DNA of 64,000 nucleotides from sequence record NC_029103.1; one strand, 5' to 3'. Shown piece by piece: positions 12,160 to 24,281 of this stretch (position 1 is its first letter; each line of letters starts with the position of its first letter). The notes under the pieces were generated by a model. It saw only the letters and a program-made list of their open reading frames with translations, ran no database searches and was not told where the DNA came from. The position numbers and the translations under genes were made by a program.

Positions 12160-15100
12160 ATGAACAGCAGGAAGAAAGTACTGGTTGTTACCCTATTCCT
12201 GTTATTCTTAATTGAGATAACACCAACAATTGTCACTAATTCGCAAACACCACCTTCAGCTTCAGCATATGTTGGGAGCATTAGTGTGTCTTCAAACCCG
12301 TTCATCTTAAATACGACGTTACCAGCGATAAACCAACTAGGGTCTAATGTAAGGTTCTTCCAATACCCTAACTTGACGGGACAGCTGTACGCATACGAAC
12401 AACAACTACCGCAAACGATACCCACTGTGGATAGTGTCGAGTCTACGTCCTGGAAGGTATTACCATATTGGGAAAATGGTGAACTGGTGATGAACGATAC
12501 TGCAAATATTATTAATCAGTACATTGCATGGAGATATTCGCCAGTAAGCAACACCATTAATATTACCATCCACGTTACATCATTCCCAAATAGTAGTAAT
12601 ACTGGTAATGCTGGCTTTGGTGTCTACTCACCTAACATAGGAGACCAATCAAATGATAATAATAATGGTTTCTATGCGTTAATAGTGGACTTCCACGGCA
12701 ACACGATATGGTTCCATCCCCCAACATCTGGTTATGAAAAGCTTTACACTTCTTTACCTCAACCTAACCCCGACTTCCCATTTACCTTCAGTGCGATACT
12801 TACTGAAAACTCTGCGGGAAACATCACTGTGTCTACTGTGTACATCAACTCAACGGCTTACTCCGTAAATATAAACACTCCTTTCCCGTGGAGCGAGATA
12901 GGTTACATTGGAATAAGACCAGGTGCTGGTAACTTATACTACGTCTCTTACTTCGGCGTCTCTCCAGCACCTTACGGCGGTGTCGAACAATTTGTGAACG
13001 ACGTGGAGTCAACGTCATGGAAAGTATTACCATATTGGGAAAATGGTGAACTGGTGATAAACAGTACTGGAGCAAGTTATGGTGGTCAGTATATTGCCTG
13101 GAAATATTCACCAATATCAAACACAATCAACGTCACCATCCACGTGACGTCGTTCCCATCCAGAGGCGGTCAACCTGGTATTGTTGTCTACTCACCTAAC
13201 ATAGGAGACCAAACAACTGATGGTAATAGTGGCTTTTACGTGCTACTGGTGGACTTCTATGACAACACGATATGGTTCCACTCTCCAACATCTGGTTTCA
13301 CACAGATTTACACTTCTCTGCCTCAGCCTAACCCCAACTACCCATTTACCTTCAGCGTCATCTTGACGGAGAACAGTACTGGTTACATTACTGTGTCTAC
13401 TGTGTACATCAACTCAACGGCTTACTCCGTAAATATAAACACTCCTTTCCCGTGGAGCCAGATAGGTTACGTGGGGATAAGAGGCGATTTCGGAAGTGGT
13501 GGTAATAGCTTATTCTACGTCTCCTACTTCGGTATCACACAGCTGTTAGACGCATACTCTCTTGTTACTAACCTTGCCACGAACACACCTTACACTGGCA
13601 CAGTTTACGTAGCAGTCTTCCCATACCCTATCAGCTACGACGTTTACGTATCACCAGCATCAGTTGTAAACTCTCAGTCCCCTCTCCCCATGTTCTCACC
13701 TTCATTTACTTCAACCACCACGCCCTACCCCGTGGTTTCGACTAACGCGAACTTCGGCGTCATAAATATATGGACTACTTCGGGATCCGTTACGGCGAGT
13801 AGCGGTACAGTCATCCCTTCAATAGGTGCGTGGACTTCCGTCTCCCTCTCTACGAATACCGTCCCGAACTTCCTCGTTAACGGGACAGTAAAGAGCGGTA
13901 GTGTAAGCGGTAATACAATCACACTAAGCGGGTTGACTGGTACTTCAACTGTAGTATTTCCAGATAACTTCATACCTTCTTCAACGGCTGGAGTGACGAC
14001 ATACAACGCTACGTTTAACGAGATAAAGACTACGGCTTCTTCCCTAACTTTCACAGTCAACACACAAATGTTTGAAAGCGGTGTACCAGTGATAGGGGCA
14101 ACTCTCGGTGAGAACTGGTATTACTACGGCTTCTACTCTACTGCGGGTAGTTACAACGTACCGTTATTCCTAACTACGTTAGCTGTAGGGAACCAGATTT
14201 ATGCGAATATTCCAATGGTTGAAAGTACAGGTTGGAGGGTCTACCCTTATTGGGAAAATGGTCAACTAGTGATAAACAGTACTGGAGCAAGTACCTGGGG
14301 TCAGTATATAGCTTGGAGATATTCCCCAGTAAGTAACGTGATCAACATAACGATCCACGTGACGTCGTTCCCAGAACAGTCTGGTGCCGCCAATACTGGT
14401 ATTATCATAATGTCACCTAACATAGGAAACCAATTACGCGATGCTAGTTCTGGTATATACTGGTTATTAGTTGACTTCTACAGTGGCTACATATGGTTCA
14501 TTTTTCCAGTACGTGGTATGATACAGCTTTACTCTTCACTGCCTCAACCCAACCCCAATTATCCCTTTACCTTCAGCGTCATTTTGACGGAGAATTCAGC
14601 GGGCAACGTCACAATACAGAGCGTATACATTAACGGCACGGCTTACACAGTGAACGTCAATACTCCGTTCCCGTGGAGCGAGATAGGTTATGTGGGAATA
14701 AGAGGTTTCACTGGTAGTAATAATGAACTTATTCTACGTNTCNTANTTCGNCGTCAACTCAATTCCNTTAGTCTCTTCCTCAGGCGTCACATCCTTTAAC
14801 TTCTATTCGCCGTTCTCTCTCTCCTACACTATCACAAANACTTCGATCACAGTCCAAAACACACAGCTGGTTGANGGNGAAAANTACCTNACAATTCCAG
14901 GCACTAACGGTATCATAGGGGCGTCTTTCNCNTTTTATAATGTAACGTATAACGTCCCAGTCCTTGCAGTGTCTTCATCTCCTNTATCCGTGACATATAA
15001 CNCACAAACACTAACTNTNACAGTAATTTCNNCATCTCAGTCATTCCTAGTTTCGCCTTTCGGAGTACCNGAACAGANTTATCAGTCCCTCACTGGTGGC

Positions 15101-15841
15101 GTAGTNATACTCCCTCAGTCTGAAAAAGTGACGTTCTACGCTAATTATCAACCTAACTTGGTNTCATCTTCTACAGTATCGTCACCACCACCTCCACCGA
15201 CCACTACNACTACGACTACNACGACGACCACNACNACCACCATTAACCCTAANCAAGNCANTGTTNTAATCAACGGTAGTGTNTANCTTACAGCACCNTG
15301 GNTAGTCCATTANTCAGTCCCTTCTGTAAACAGCAGTGTGACGGCGTACTTGATTTACAACTATTCCATAAATAAGCCCGAGTTGGTGCTTTCGTCTCCG
15401 ACAAACGTTAATGTGAATGTCACATTTACTGCATCTAACGGCACAGTATTGCTATCTGAAAGTGTTGTATCTCCAACCACGGTAACATTACCAATGACTA
15501 CTGGAAACGTCACAGTAAAGACTACAAATTCTACTATTACCATACCCATCACTTATCAGCAGTTTAACGTTATCTCCCTGACTAATGCTATTGCGAATTC
15601 ACCTTTTCTAGGAGCTACTGCAATCCTTACACTGTTCTTTGTGTCGTTCTTCATCGGCTTCGTGTTCAGGACAATACCTAATAGCATGGCACTGGGGTCT
15701 GTTGTTTACATTACTGCAGTAGCACCTTTCCTCATCGCCATAGGTTTCCCGATGTCTATAGTATTACTAACAGTTGCACTTGCGGTCGTTGCACTGATTT
15801 ATTCTATCTGGGCATTGCGTTACACTAATGTCCAGAGCTAA
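12160..15841 (+). CDS. Secreted, C-terminally anchored adhesin or receptor-binding protein with three ConA/LamG-like modules (frameshift near 14740)
   Basis: Signal peptide; three ~175-aa repeats beginning VESTxWxVxPYWENG; Thr/Pro linker; three C-terminal TM helices in ORF 14723-15841. Confidence 0.7.
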
Positions 15842-15959
15842 TTATGCCAGTCTGTCTAACTAGTTGGGTAGAACCTTCCATATTCAACGTACCAAATTCG
15901 TCGAAATGCATCCGAAAAGTTTTTTAACCACCAGCTCAAACATATGTTTGAGAGTAAAA

Positions 15960-16307
15960 ATGGCAGACAAATACTTCCCAAGAAAGGGAGATGTTGTAGG
16001 TGGTGCAAGAGACCTCTTAAAGGCAATCCTAGACGGGAAAATAACAAAATACCCTGACATAACGCTGAAAATCGCTGGAATCGAAGCTAACGCTACCAGA
16101 GACGGATATCCACAAGTAAAAGCAATCCTTCATAAAGTTGTAGAAGCGATAAGAGAAGCAGTAGAACAAGCTAGCTTAAAGAGGAGGGGTATGGGGTTCG
16201 AGGAAGTCGAAATCCCACCTGAAGTCCAACAGCAATACTTACCTGCAGTGCAGGAAGCATACAACTTGCTATCATCCATGAACGCGGGACAAATGGTTAA
16301 CGTTTAA
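15960..16307 (+). CDS. ATV p131/p145 (STSV1 TP1-like) four-helix virion protein; likely start ATG 15960
   Basis: KYFPRKGDVVGGARDLLKAILDGKITKYPDITLKIAGIEANA resembles p131 (KYEPKKGDYAGGA...YPEVTLKLAGEEANA). Confidence 0.75.
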   Translation: MADKYFPRKGDVVGGARDLLKAILDGKITKYPDITLKIAGIEANATRDGYPQVKAILHKVVEAIREAVEQASLKRRGMGFEEVEIPPEVQQQYLPAVQEAYNLLSSMNAGQMVNV

Positions 16308-16352
16308 GCCAAACCTTCCTTTTTTAAATTCTAATTTTCCAAAGTATATATT

Positions 16353-16850
16353 ATGAAACTTTCTGAAAAACTAAGTTCTATCCTTTCTTCTTCCGATGCA
16401 AATTCTATTTTGTATGCATTTGCCGACCTCACTACGTTTCTGGAACAACAAGTTTCTGAGCTTGATGTAGCTGAGAATAATATAATTTTTAATGAGCTGA
16501 AACGAGTAGCGGAGACCGTTCTCCAGAACTACATAAAGCTTGGGTTTGACCTCGGAGATGCGAAGAACACTAGGGAACTATTGATAAAGGTTAACGACAT
16601 CATTAATTCGAATGTTGATGACATTCTTCAATTAGAACTCCGACCGACAGCTTATGGTGTTGAACAGGAAATTAACATGTTGAAGATATCGATACTGAAA
16701 GAAATTATAACACAATTCGCTAACGTATTCGGACTGACGAAAGAACCTATAGCCGTACCTTTACTTTACGCAGGTGGGCAAAGAAACGATGAAGAAGTTA
16801 GGAGGCTTAGGGAATTATTCGAAAAGGAAAAAATCACGTTTAGTTATTAG
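16353..16850 (+). CDS. Hypothetical helical protein
   Basis: 165-aa ORF downstream of the p131-like gene. Confidence 0.6.
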   Translation: MKLSEKLSSILSSSDANSILYAFADLTTFLEQQVSELDVAENNIIFNELKRVAETVLQNYIKLGFDLGDAKNTRELLIKVNDIINSNVDDILQLELRPTAYGVEQEINMLKISILKEIITQFANVFGLTKEPIAVPLLYAGGQRNDEEVRRLRELFEKEKITFSY

Positions 16851-18339
16851 ACGAAGTTGCTGTATGTCCCGTTGCTGTTATATACGTTACCCGGATAATA
16901 CTGACCTAAAACAGCTGGTAGAGCCGGTATAGTCCCAGAAGTTTTGACTAACTTACCTAGTTTAGACGCACTCTGGCTTTGAGGTGCTAAACCATTACTA
17001 ACAAGAGTATTATATATTTGTAGTAGTTGGGATAATTGTTGTGTGTTTACTTCTTCCTGCTTATGATTACTTATTTTGTAGTACGCGTCTCTGATATCGC
17101 TAAGTAAACGCTCAACAGCAGTAGATAACGGAGTTCCATTGGGTATGTCGTACATTTGGTACAATTGAGTTACAGCAGTAACTAATGGGATCATGCTAGG
17201 AGGTATTTCTGCTATTTCCGATTGTAGTGAGCTTAAGTCACCTGCCTTTATCTGGGCTAACACTTGACTCTGAGATATTATTGAAGACAACACAGATGTT
17301 TGGGGGCATGTAGTTGAAGTTGAGCTGGTCGGTGTAGTTGTTGTAGTACTAGCTGAGGATGAGGCAGAACTACTGCTCTGTGAGCTGGATGATGGTGATG
17401 GAGTAGAACTAGATGGAGTAGATGGAGGAGAAGAACTGGTTGATGATGTTGAGGAAGACGAAGGAGTAGAGCTTTGTGAGCTAGTATTTTGACTAGCTGG
17501 CGTAGATGTTTGAGTATTAGTTGATGGCGATGGAGTAGAACTCTGTGAGCTGGATGATGGAGATGATGAGGCAGAACTACTGCTCTGTGAGCTGGATGAT
17601 GGTGATGGAGTAGAACTCTGACTCTGTGAACTGGTAGATGAAGATATTCCTTGTAATATCTGCTGTGGTGAGGTAGGTTCGTCCCCTAAGCCGGCTTGAT
17701 TAAAGACTATTGTCTGGACGGAAGATTGCAAAAGCACTTGTGCAACAGTCATATAGAAAGCTGGTATTTCTATCTCAACATCATCAGAACCCGGTGGTAT
17801 TATAGATGTAATATCAACGTATTGGTTCGGTGCTAATGTATACGATGCTAATACGTTTCCAGTATTAGGATCAAGAACTTTGAAAACGAGCGTGCTTGGA
17901 TACAGGTTTAGCAGATACACTTCTCCCGTTGAAGATGAAGGAGTAGATGACGATGTACTAGAGGATGAGGCAGAACTACTGCTCTGTGAGCTGGATGATG
18001 GCGATGGAGTAGAACTAGACTGTGTCGGCGTACTGGTTGATGTAGAACTCTGTGAACCACCTTGTAATATCTGCTGTGGCGAGGTAGGTTGATCACCTAA
18101 GCCGGTTTGACTAAAGTATATACGTTTGAACGGAAGATTGTAAAAGTACCTTGTGCAACAGTCATATTGAAACTGGGTATTACTATCTCAACATCAGTGG
18201 ACTGTGGTGATATGTCGGATGAAATATCAACATACTGGTTTGGTGCTAGTGTATATGTGTATGTGTTCCCTGTAGTAGGATCAACTACTTGGAAAGTGAG
18301 TGTTTGCGGATACAGGTTTAGCAGATACACTTCTCCCAT
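16847..18339 (-). CDS. Protein with two tandem ~75-aa beta-rich domains and Ser/Thr linkers (one gene, two indels at about 18110-18155)
   Basis: GEVYLLNLYP...GLGD.PTSPQQILQG occurs twice. The frame of 16847-17920 is open upstream to about 18115. Confidence 0.65.
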
Positions 18340-18516
18340 TTTTACTCACTAAAACATATGTTTGAAATGAATAAAAGCCTTTTCTGGTCTCATGGGAGGT
18401 CAAAATTTCTTTTATATTCAGATTTGGATTGAACTTTTTTCTAATACATGTTTCAGAAATATTTTCAAAATTTTCTAAAAATCTGAAGAACATCTTGAAG
18501 GCATCGAAAATTTCCC

Positions 18517-19306
18517 CTAAAATAGCCTTTGTTGAAACACTAATCCTTCTTTAAGCAGTCTGTTTTTAGTAATTTCGCAATATTTAGCATTGATCTCTAC
18601 TCCTATTGCTCTTCTATTAAACGAGCTTGTTGCTACTAATGTAGTCCCGCTACCTACGAATGGATCTAGAATTAAATCATTTTCATAGCTGAATAATTTT
18701 NTACACCTTTTAGGTAATTCCAATGGGAACGGAGCTGGGTGATTTACTTTCCTTCTATTTTCTCCATTAAAAGTCCAAAGTCCGTTAGTCCATTCTATGA
18801 ATTCATTTCGTGTTATATCTGACTTTCCCGAGTGGATCTTCTTCCATCTCCCTTTATAAAGTATGACTATTACTTCTACTGGTGCAATAACATAAGGGGC
18901 TGAAGCACTCATGAATGAACCCCATGCGGTTCTTCTTGAAATATTACCCTCGTTCCATATTATTGTTGAAAAGTATTTCCAACCAACCTCTTTTGCAATA
19001 TGTGTTATATCAACGTAAACACTTTGGAACCCTTCTTCTTGTCTACCCTTGCTTTTATCCAGGGGAACATTCAAGCACATTCTTCCATCTTCCTTTACAT
19101 CTTCAAGTGCTTTCTCTAACCATTTTCTTGTGAATTCGAGATATTTGTCATAAGGAATATTATCGTCGTAATTCTCATAATTAATATCAACATTATATGG
19201 CGGGGAGGTGATTATCAGATCGGCTTTTTCATCTAACTTAACTTCCAAATAATCATCATTATAGATTTTTNNTTTATTATCTGGAGTTAGAATAGTAGAG
19301 TGTCAC
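18517..19306 (-). CDS. DNA amino-methyltransferase (N4-C/N6-A, beta class)
   Basis: Motif IV TSPPY, HPAPFP and motif I DPFVGSGTT. The N-terminus KIYNDDYLEV extends above 19248, probably to a GTG at about 19306 across one indel. Confidence 0.9.
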
Positions 19307-19408
19307 CTAATATCCCATCAAATAATTGAGTAATCCTAAGTTTAAAAGAATCGCTCTTCTCTAATGGACGATTCAAGACTCCTTTGCGAATTGTCACTTG
19401 TTCAGATG

Positions 19409-20146
19409 TTAAAACCTCTTGAATATAAACCCTAGTATTATGGCACCGATAGCGAAAGGTAGTACTATATAGTCAGCAAATAGTAGACCTATGGAGAGTG
19501 TAGCGAAACTAAGGAACAGTGTAGAAGACCAAAGTTGAGAAGAATAACGATAAGAAGCTACCGCTATTGCCAGAAAACTATAGTATGTTATAATNCCTAT
19601 TAGTTGGTTGTTCGTTGTATGCGTATTAGTTATAAATGAAGCTCCACTACTACCGTTATACTTTGTAACAGTCACGTTAGTAACATTCAATGACGCTACT
19701 TGGACTGGTTTTACCGGTAACGGTGAGGTGGAAATTGTTACCGTCCTAGTGGATTCCGATACTNTAACGACTACTTGTAGGTTCGTTGGTAAGTTTGTCG
19801 GGTAGTAGTTACTGGATATGATAAGTTGTGATTCTATGCTCCCATATTGCATAATAAGGTTATACCCGGTGAAGCCTACTAGTGTTAGGGAAGACGATGA
19901 GTTTGGTAGTTTAGTTTGGTAGATNGCATTATTATTATTGACTATTGCTTCTCCCGGGGCTGTCGTTAGGCTAAGTACGGAAGACTGTAATGGTGAAGGC
20001 AAACCTGTTGTAATTGATACGATACCCGTAGTTTCGTAATACAGACCAGAAGACAGTGTTATACCGATGCTTGATACAGATAGCGGTATTGTGCCATTAT
20101 AATTAATATAAGGAACTATACCGGTTGACGCAACCGCATTTGGCAT
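19409..20146 (-). CDS. Ser/Thr-rich membrane-anchored protein (possibly the C-terminal part of 20323-21699)
   Basis: Beta-rich S/T composition with C-terminal TM helices. Confidence 0.55.
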   Translation of the reverse strand: MPNAVASTGIVPYINYNGTIPLSVSSIGITLSSGLYYETTGIVSITTGLPSPLQSSVLSLTTAPGEAIVNNNNXIYQTKLPNSSSSLTLVGFTGYNLIMQYGSIESQLIISSNYYPTNLPTNLQVVVXVSESTRTVTISTSPLPVKPVQVASLNVTNVTVTKYNGSSGASFITNTHTTNNQLIXIITYYSFLAIAVASYRYSSQLWSSTLFLSFATLSIGLLFADYIVLPFAIGAIILGFIFKRF

Positions 20147-20322
20147 AGGTGTTATGAATGTGTAAAAAGACCCTGGGTAAGTAATAGAAACCTATGAGAT
20201 AGAACGTATTGCCTATGTCTGCATAACCTACCGCAACATCAGCTGGAAAACTTCGGGCTATNTATCAGCTTTGTNACAGCTGTTTGAGAGTTNTAAACNT
20301 ATACNCCTGTCGTATTTTACTA

Positions 20323-21699
20323 TCAGACCGGCTTTGTGACAAAAAGTCNAGNAAANCCNACNAGCATGTTGTAATTGACTTGTGTGTTTGTTAGCGATGG
20401 TTGGACTGATATGCCTACCACATTCCGTCCATAAACTTTCAGATCAACTAAATTCAAGCCTCCTACCGTGTTTANCGTATTCCCGCTCGCGGTAACAGTA
20501 TATGTGGAGCCGTTTGCATACTTAACCGAAATTACACTACCTACCGGTATATCGTCAAAGTAAATGTAACTGGAAGACGAGTTATAGGGTAAAATATACA
20601 TGGACACATGGTTTAAGTCAAGCTTCAAGTCGCTTGCTTGCACCGGTAAAGAGTACCANTTNCTNTCGTTNTACACTAGGATATTAGAACCGTTAAGTAA
20701 CGTCGGGTTAAAGAAGTATACCGGGTTTTCTAACAATACGGAATTAGTACCGTATGATGCACTTTGGGATACCGCAAAAGTACCGTTAAACGTAACGGAT
20801 GAGGGGGCTACAGTCTGCGGTGCTAAATATTCAGTAGAAGGGTACTGTAAAGACACTGGTGACCCGAACACCATCCCGTACATAGATGACTGTGGCAAGG
20901 TCACTTGGGCAATTTCTTCGTTNGGCATGCCTGCCACNTNNGCGTTATACGTNAATTGAGAGCCTGAAATNGNGAACTGTGAGTTTTNNACATAATCATC
21001 GGAAGCCATAACCCANGTNGTAGANCCGAAAGGAAACGCCGTGTATGAGGGGATTGTNTGTNAGNNGGAATANGAGAAAAGGCTTANNGTAACTATGCTA
21101 CCTGNAGGNACTGAGCCGGAATATANAGATCCAGATGTCGTTTCAACACCTGAAGGTGNNGTTANAACNGCTGNAGANTGNAAGTTGTAAAGTATAACTG
21201 CAGATGTNTAACGNAACGCNGTNGTNGTAAAAGTCACAAGGCTNTTTTGCCCGTTNANNACNAGNGAACCACCAAGNANNGAAACNNCTGATACGTTGAA
21301 GATTGACGTGTTNAGATAATAGAACTGAGTGTAAAAACTAAACACNCCNGTNGTTACGGCAGTAGCNTGAGTANTTCCACCATAAACGAAATAATAGGTT
21401 TGCGATGAAGGAGCAGGCTCGTACCATACCAGCAACGGTGGCGTTTCTGAGAACAGATACGAATATTCGTAGTAACCCAGGGAGTTTGATACGTAATAAT
21501 TTTGACCGAACACTTGGGTCTGTTGCGGGAGCGGAGAAATGTAAATTAGACCTTGTGAAATGTTCGCGTTTACGTTAACTGAGATAGGTACTTCTTCTTG
21601 GATAAGGCTAGCTTTTGTTGTTAACAGGAAAAACGGTAAGAGGAAGAAAAATAAATATAGCAAGATCAGGAATATGGTCTTTCTTCTGATAACTCTCAT
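20323..21699 (-). CDS. Secreted glycoprotein-like virion protein
   Basis: N-terminal signal peptide, S/T/Y-rich, many sequons; N-rich consensus. Confidence 0.6.
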   Translation of the reverse strand: MRVIRRKTIFLILLYLFFFLLPFFLLTTKASLIQEEVPISVNVNANISQGLIYISPLPQQTQVFGQNYYVSNSLGYYEYSYLFSETPPLLVWYEPAPSSQTYYFVYGGXTXATAVXXXVFSFYTQFYYXNTSIFNVSXVXXLGGXXXXNGQXSLVTFXXXAXRXTSAVILYNXXSXXVXXXPSGVETTSGSXYSGSXPXGSIVXXSLFXYSXXXTIPSYTAFPFXSXXWVMASDDYXXNSQFXISGSQXTYNXXVAGMXNEEIAQVTLPQSSMYGMVFGSPVSLQYPSTEYLAPQTVAPSSVTFNGTFAVSQSASYGTNSVLLENPVYFFNPTLLNGSNILVXNXXXWYSLPVQASDLKLDLNHVSMYILPYNSSSSYIYFDDIPVGSVISVKYANGSTYTVTASGNTXNTVGGLNLVDLKVYGRNVVGISVQPSLTNTQVNYNMXXXFXXLFVTKPV

Positions 21700-21732
21700 G
21701 ATTAAAACATATGTTTTAAGGATTTAAATTTC

Positions 21733-21767
21733 TGACCTCCTCCCCGTCCTGAAGGGCGAGGCTTGTC
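21733..21767 (-). mobile_element. Solo IS200/IS605 right-end remnant
   Basis: Reverse complement reads AAGCCTCGCCCTTCAGGACGGGGAGGAGGTCA, a typical IS605 right-end hairpin. Confidence 0.65.
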
Positions 21768-21777
21768 GTTCATTTTG

Positions 21778-22245
21778 TCAATAGTTTTCCAAGACGTAAG
21801 GAGATGCTGTGTACTGTAGATTATTGGTGACCTGAACGGACTGGGAACTGACTATTTTTGGCAGAACTTGTGCAAGCTGTACGTATACTTGCAACGCCTT
21901 TACTATCTCTGGTTCAACATTATACATTGACGCGATAGAATTTAGTACGTCCGGTTGGATTTGTTCTGCGATTTGACTAGCCTTTGTCACTAGTGCCACA
22001 GGGTTATATTGAGTTTGCTGGACTAGGCTTGGTATTTTCTTGTACTGAACTCCAAAGTAATTTGCAACTTTTTGTGGAGAAACAGGAGTAAACGGCTCGT
22101 TAAGGTACTGTGTAGAGATTTGATTAAGATTGTAATATTGCGGGAGTTGATTAATTGTATATATTAAGTTTAGTATTTTCGCTATAGCTTGAGCATATTC
22201 TTCAAAGGAGAGGGGCTTCTTCCCTTTGTTGCTTTCACTCATCAA
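21778..22245 (-). CDS. Hypothetical Gln-rich protein
   Basis: 155-aa ORF with operator and TATA directly upstream (22257). Confidence 0.65.
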   Translation of the reverse strand: MMSESNKGKKPLSFEEYAQAIAKILNLIYTINQLPQYYNLNQISTQYLNEPFTPVSPQKVANYFGVQYKKIPSLVQQTQYNPVALVTKASQIAEQIQPDVLNSIASMYNVEPEIVKALQVYVQLAQVLPKIVSSQSVQVTNNLQYTASPYVLENY

Positions 22246-22320
22246 ATATATCTCTCAAACAGCTGTTTAAAAAATTATTAGCCGACTCCTCCCCTAGAAA
22301 GGGAAAAGGAGAAAGAACTC

Positions 22321-23832
22321 TTAGATTGCCATAACAATCATTTTCTCCAACACATCCATAATCTTTCTAAAGTCCATCTCTCTGTACAGCTCATTCAGAG
22401 CTTTTTGCATGTCCAACTTTAGCCCGTAAAACGTGTTCACCGTGTACAATATTTTTTTCAAAATGTCCGTCTCAGTTGCAGGTAACTGTGTTACATCAAC
22501 TCTAGGTAGGAGCTTCAGTGTTTGCACTTGTAACGCAGAACTATCAAAACTCGTTATTACAACAAAACTGACGTTGTCCTCCTCCAGTAGACGTTCAATT
22601 AACAGTTGTTTGTTGATGTTGAGGTTGCCGTGCAAATGAATTATACCGACGGGTTTATTTTCCTGCTTGAGCAACGTAATAACGTCGTCACTCCCGTACC
22701 TCAGCGTGGTGGATTCTTGTAGATCTATAAGGTAAACTGGTCTACTCTCAATCGTAAGGAAATAACTCGCTACTACTGCAGTCATGGTATATAACGCTCC
22801 TTCGCATAACATTTTCACGTTCTTGTTTTTGATATCAAAACGCCTGAGCTGGGGTAATTTCGTTATGTCCAAGATACTTTCCTTATCTTGTAATTCGAAC
22901 GGCACGAGTCTCCTCGGGAAATTACTTTTTGCTTTGAGGAAAGAGATAGTCCCAGTCTGTATTATGGTTCTGAACTCGGCTATGGAAATGCCGGTAGCAG
23001 ATGCGTAAAACGATAGTTTCTGTACATCATATTCCTTGTCCTCAATTTTGAAAGTCCTTTGTGTAGTTATCCTCCTGGCTATATACTCATAAACTGTCTG
23101 TGAGTAGGGAGGGAAGTAAATTTTCCAGGGAAACCTCCTAAGCATTGCGTCGTCCATGTCATTTATTGAAGCGTTAGTAGTGAGAGCGAGGATTGAAGGG
23201 TATCGTGAATCGGCGAATTCCTGTAATTTTTCCAGTAGTATGTTCTTCATGTTGTCCTCTACTAGTTTTTCGGCTTCACCACCTCCACCTCTTTTCAACA
23301 GAAACCTTTCTCCCTCGTCAAACACTATAATTGCCGGTTTCTCGGAAAACAGTTGTTTGTTTATAAAGTCGTTTAGCAACTGGTAGGGTTCACCAACGTA
23401 CTTTGACATGAAATCGGTAGGTTGCTTGACAATCGCCTTCAACCCGAGAATCCTAGTAAGCAGTTTTGTGGCGATGAATGATTTACCGGTACCGGGGACG
23501 CCGTACAACAAGATACCTCCGTGCAAAGTCCCCTCACTTAAGTACGTTGATATAAGCTCCTTCAGTTTATTCCAAACCTCTACTGGTAACACTAGAAAGT
23601 CTTCTCCCATATCTATTACTACATAATTGTCGTCCTTCACCTGTTCTCCGTTCTCTCTCTTGAATTTTAGTCTGCTTATTTTCGGCAAAGGATGTTCGAC
23701 GTAAATAAACTGTGTGTATTGAGATGAGAAGATACAGCCCGGTGGGTATGCAAAACGTATGTTTGTGATGTCTGCGTTCACTACGTCGCCATCGCGTGGC
23801 TTATATGAACTTGCAACGACTTCACATATCAT
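22321..23832 (-). CDS. AAA+ ATPase (CDC48/p529-like)
   Basis: Walker A GVPGTGKS, SKYVGE, Walker B IIVFDE, second region of homology TTNASINDMDDAMLRRF. Confidence 0.9.
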   Translation of the reverse strand: MICEVVASSYKPRDGDVVNADITNIRFAYPPGCIFSSQYTQFIYVEHPLPKISRLKFKRENGEQVKDDNYVVIDMGEDFLVLPVEVWNKLKELISTYLSEGTLHGGILLYGVPGTGKSFIATKLLTRILGLKAIVKQPTDFMSKYVGEPYQLLNDFINKQLFSEKPAIIVFDEGERFLLKRGGGGEAEKLVEDNMKNILLEKLQEFADSRYPSILALTTNASINDMDDAMLRRFPWKIYFPPYSQTVYEYIARRITTQRTFKIEDKEYDVQKLSFYASATGISIAEFRTIIQTGTISFLKAKSNFPRRLVPFELQDKESILDITKLPQLRRFDIKNKNVKMLCEGALYTMTAVVASYFLTIESRPVYLIDLQESTTLRYGSDDVITLLKQENKPVGIIHLHGNLNINKQLLIERLLEEDNVSFVVITSFDSSALQVQTLKLLPRVDVTQLPATETDILKKILYTVNTFYGLKLDMQKALNELYREMDFRKIMDVLEKMIVMAI

Positions 23833-24281
23833 AAGTCCTCACCGCTGAGCTTACTCAGTATAAGGTCTTTGGTCTGTTTCTTCCCTCCTCCTCCTCCTTG
23901 TTGTTGTTGCTTCATCTTTTGCAGTAGGTCAGTAGGATTAGTTACTCTTCTTACACGGAACTGCCTATTGGCTAACATTACCAAGTAACAGTCCCTAACC
24001 TTAGTGTAATTAATACATACAAGTATCTGCGTCCCACTGATCTTTAGTGTCTCTAGCGATTGTATCTCGTCCAGCGGGACAAACGGGTCTAGGATGGAAA
24101 GACCTTTCTGTAGTCCGCAGTTCTTCACAATACAATTAAGGATAATCAACCTCGTCTGTTTAGGTAAATCGTCACGCAGTAATAGTTTCAGTAGGGTCTC
24201 TGGCTCGCCTTCCTCGTCCTTTTCCCCTAATGCTTCAGATATTAACGAAATCATATCGGATGGTGTAAGATCAGCTGGCAT
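23829..24281 (-). CDS. Hypothetical protein coupled to the AAA ATPase
   Basis: 4-bp overlap with the ATPase gene. Confidence 0.65.
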   Translation of the reverse strand: MPADLTPSDMISLISEALGEKDEEGEPETLLKLLLRDDLPKQTRLIILNCIVKNCGLQKGLSILDPFVPLDEIQSLETLKISGTQILVCINYTKVRDCYLVMLANRQFRVRRVTNPTDLLQKMKQQQQGGGGGKKQTKDLILSKLSGEDL

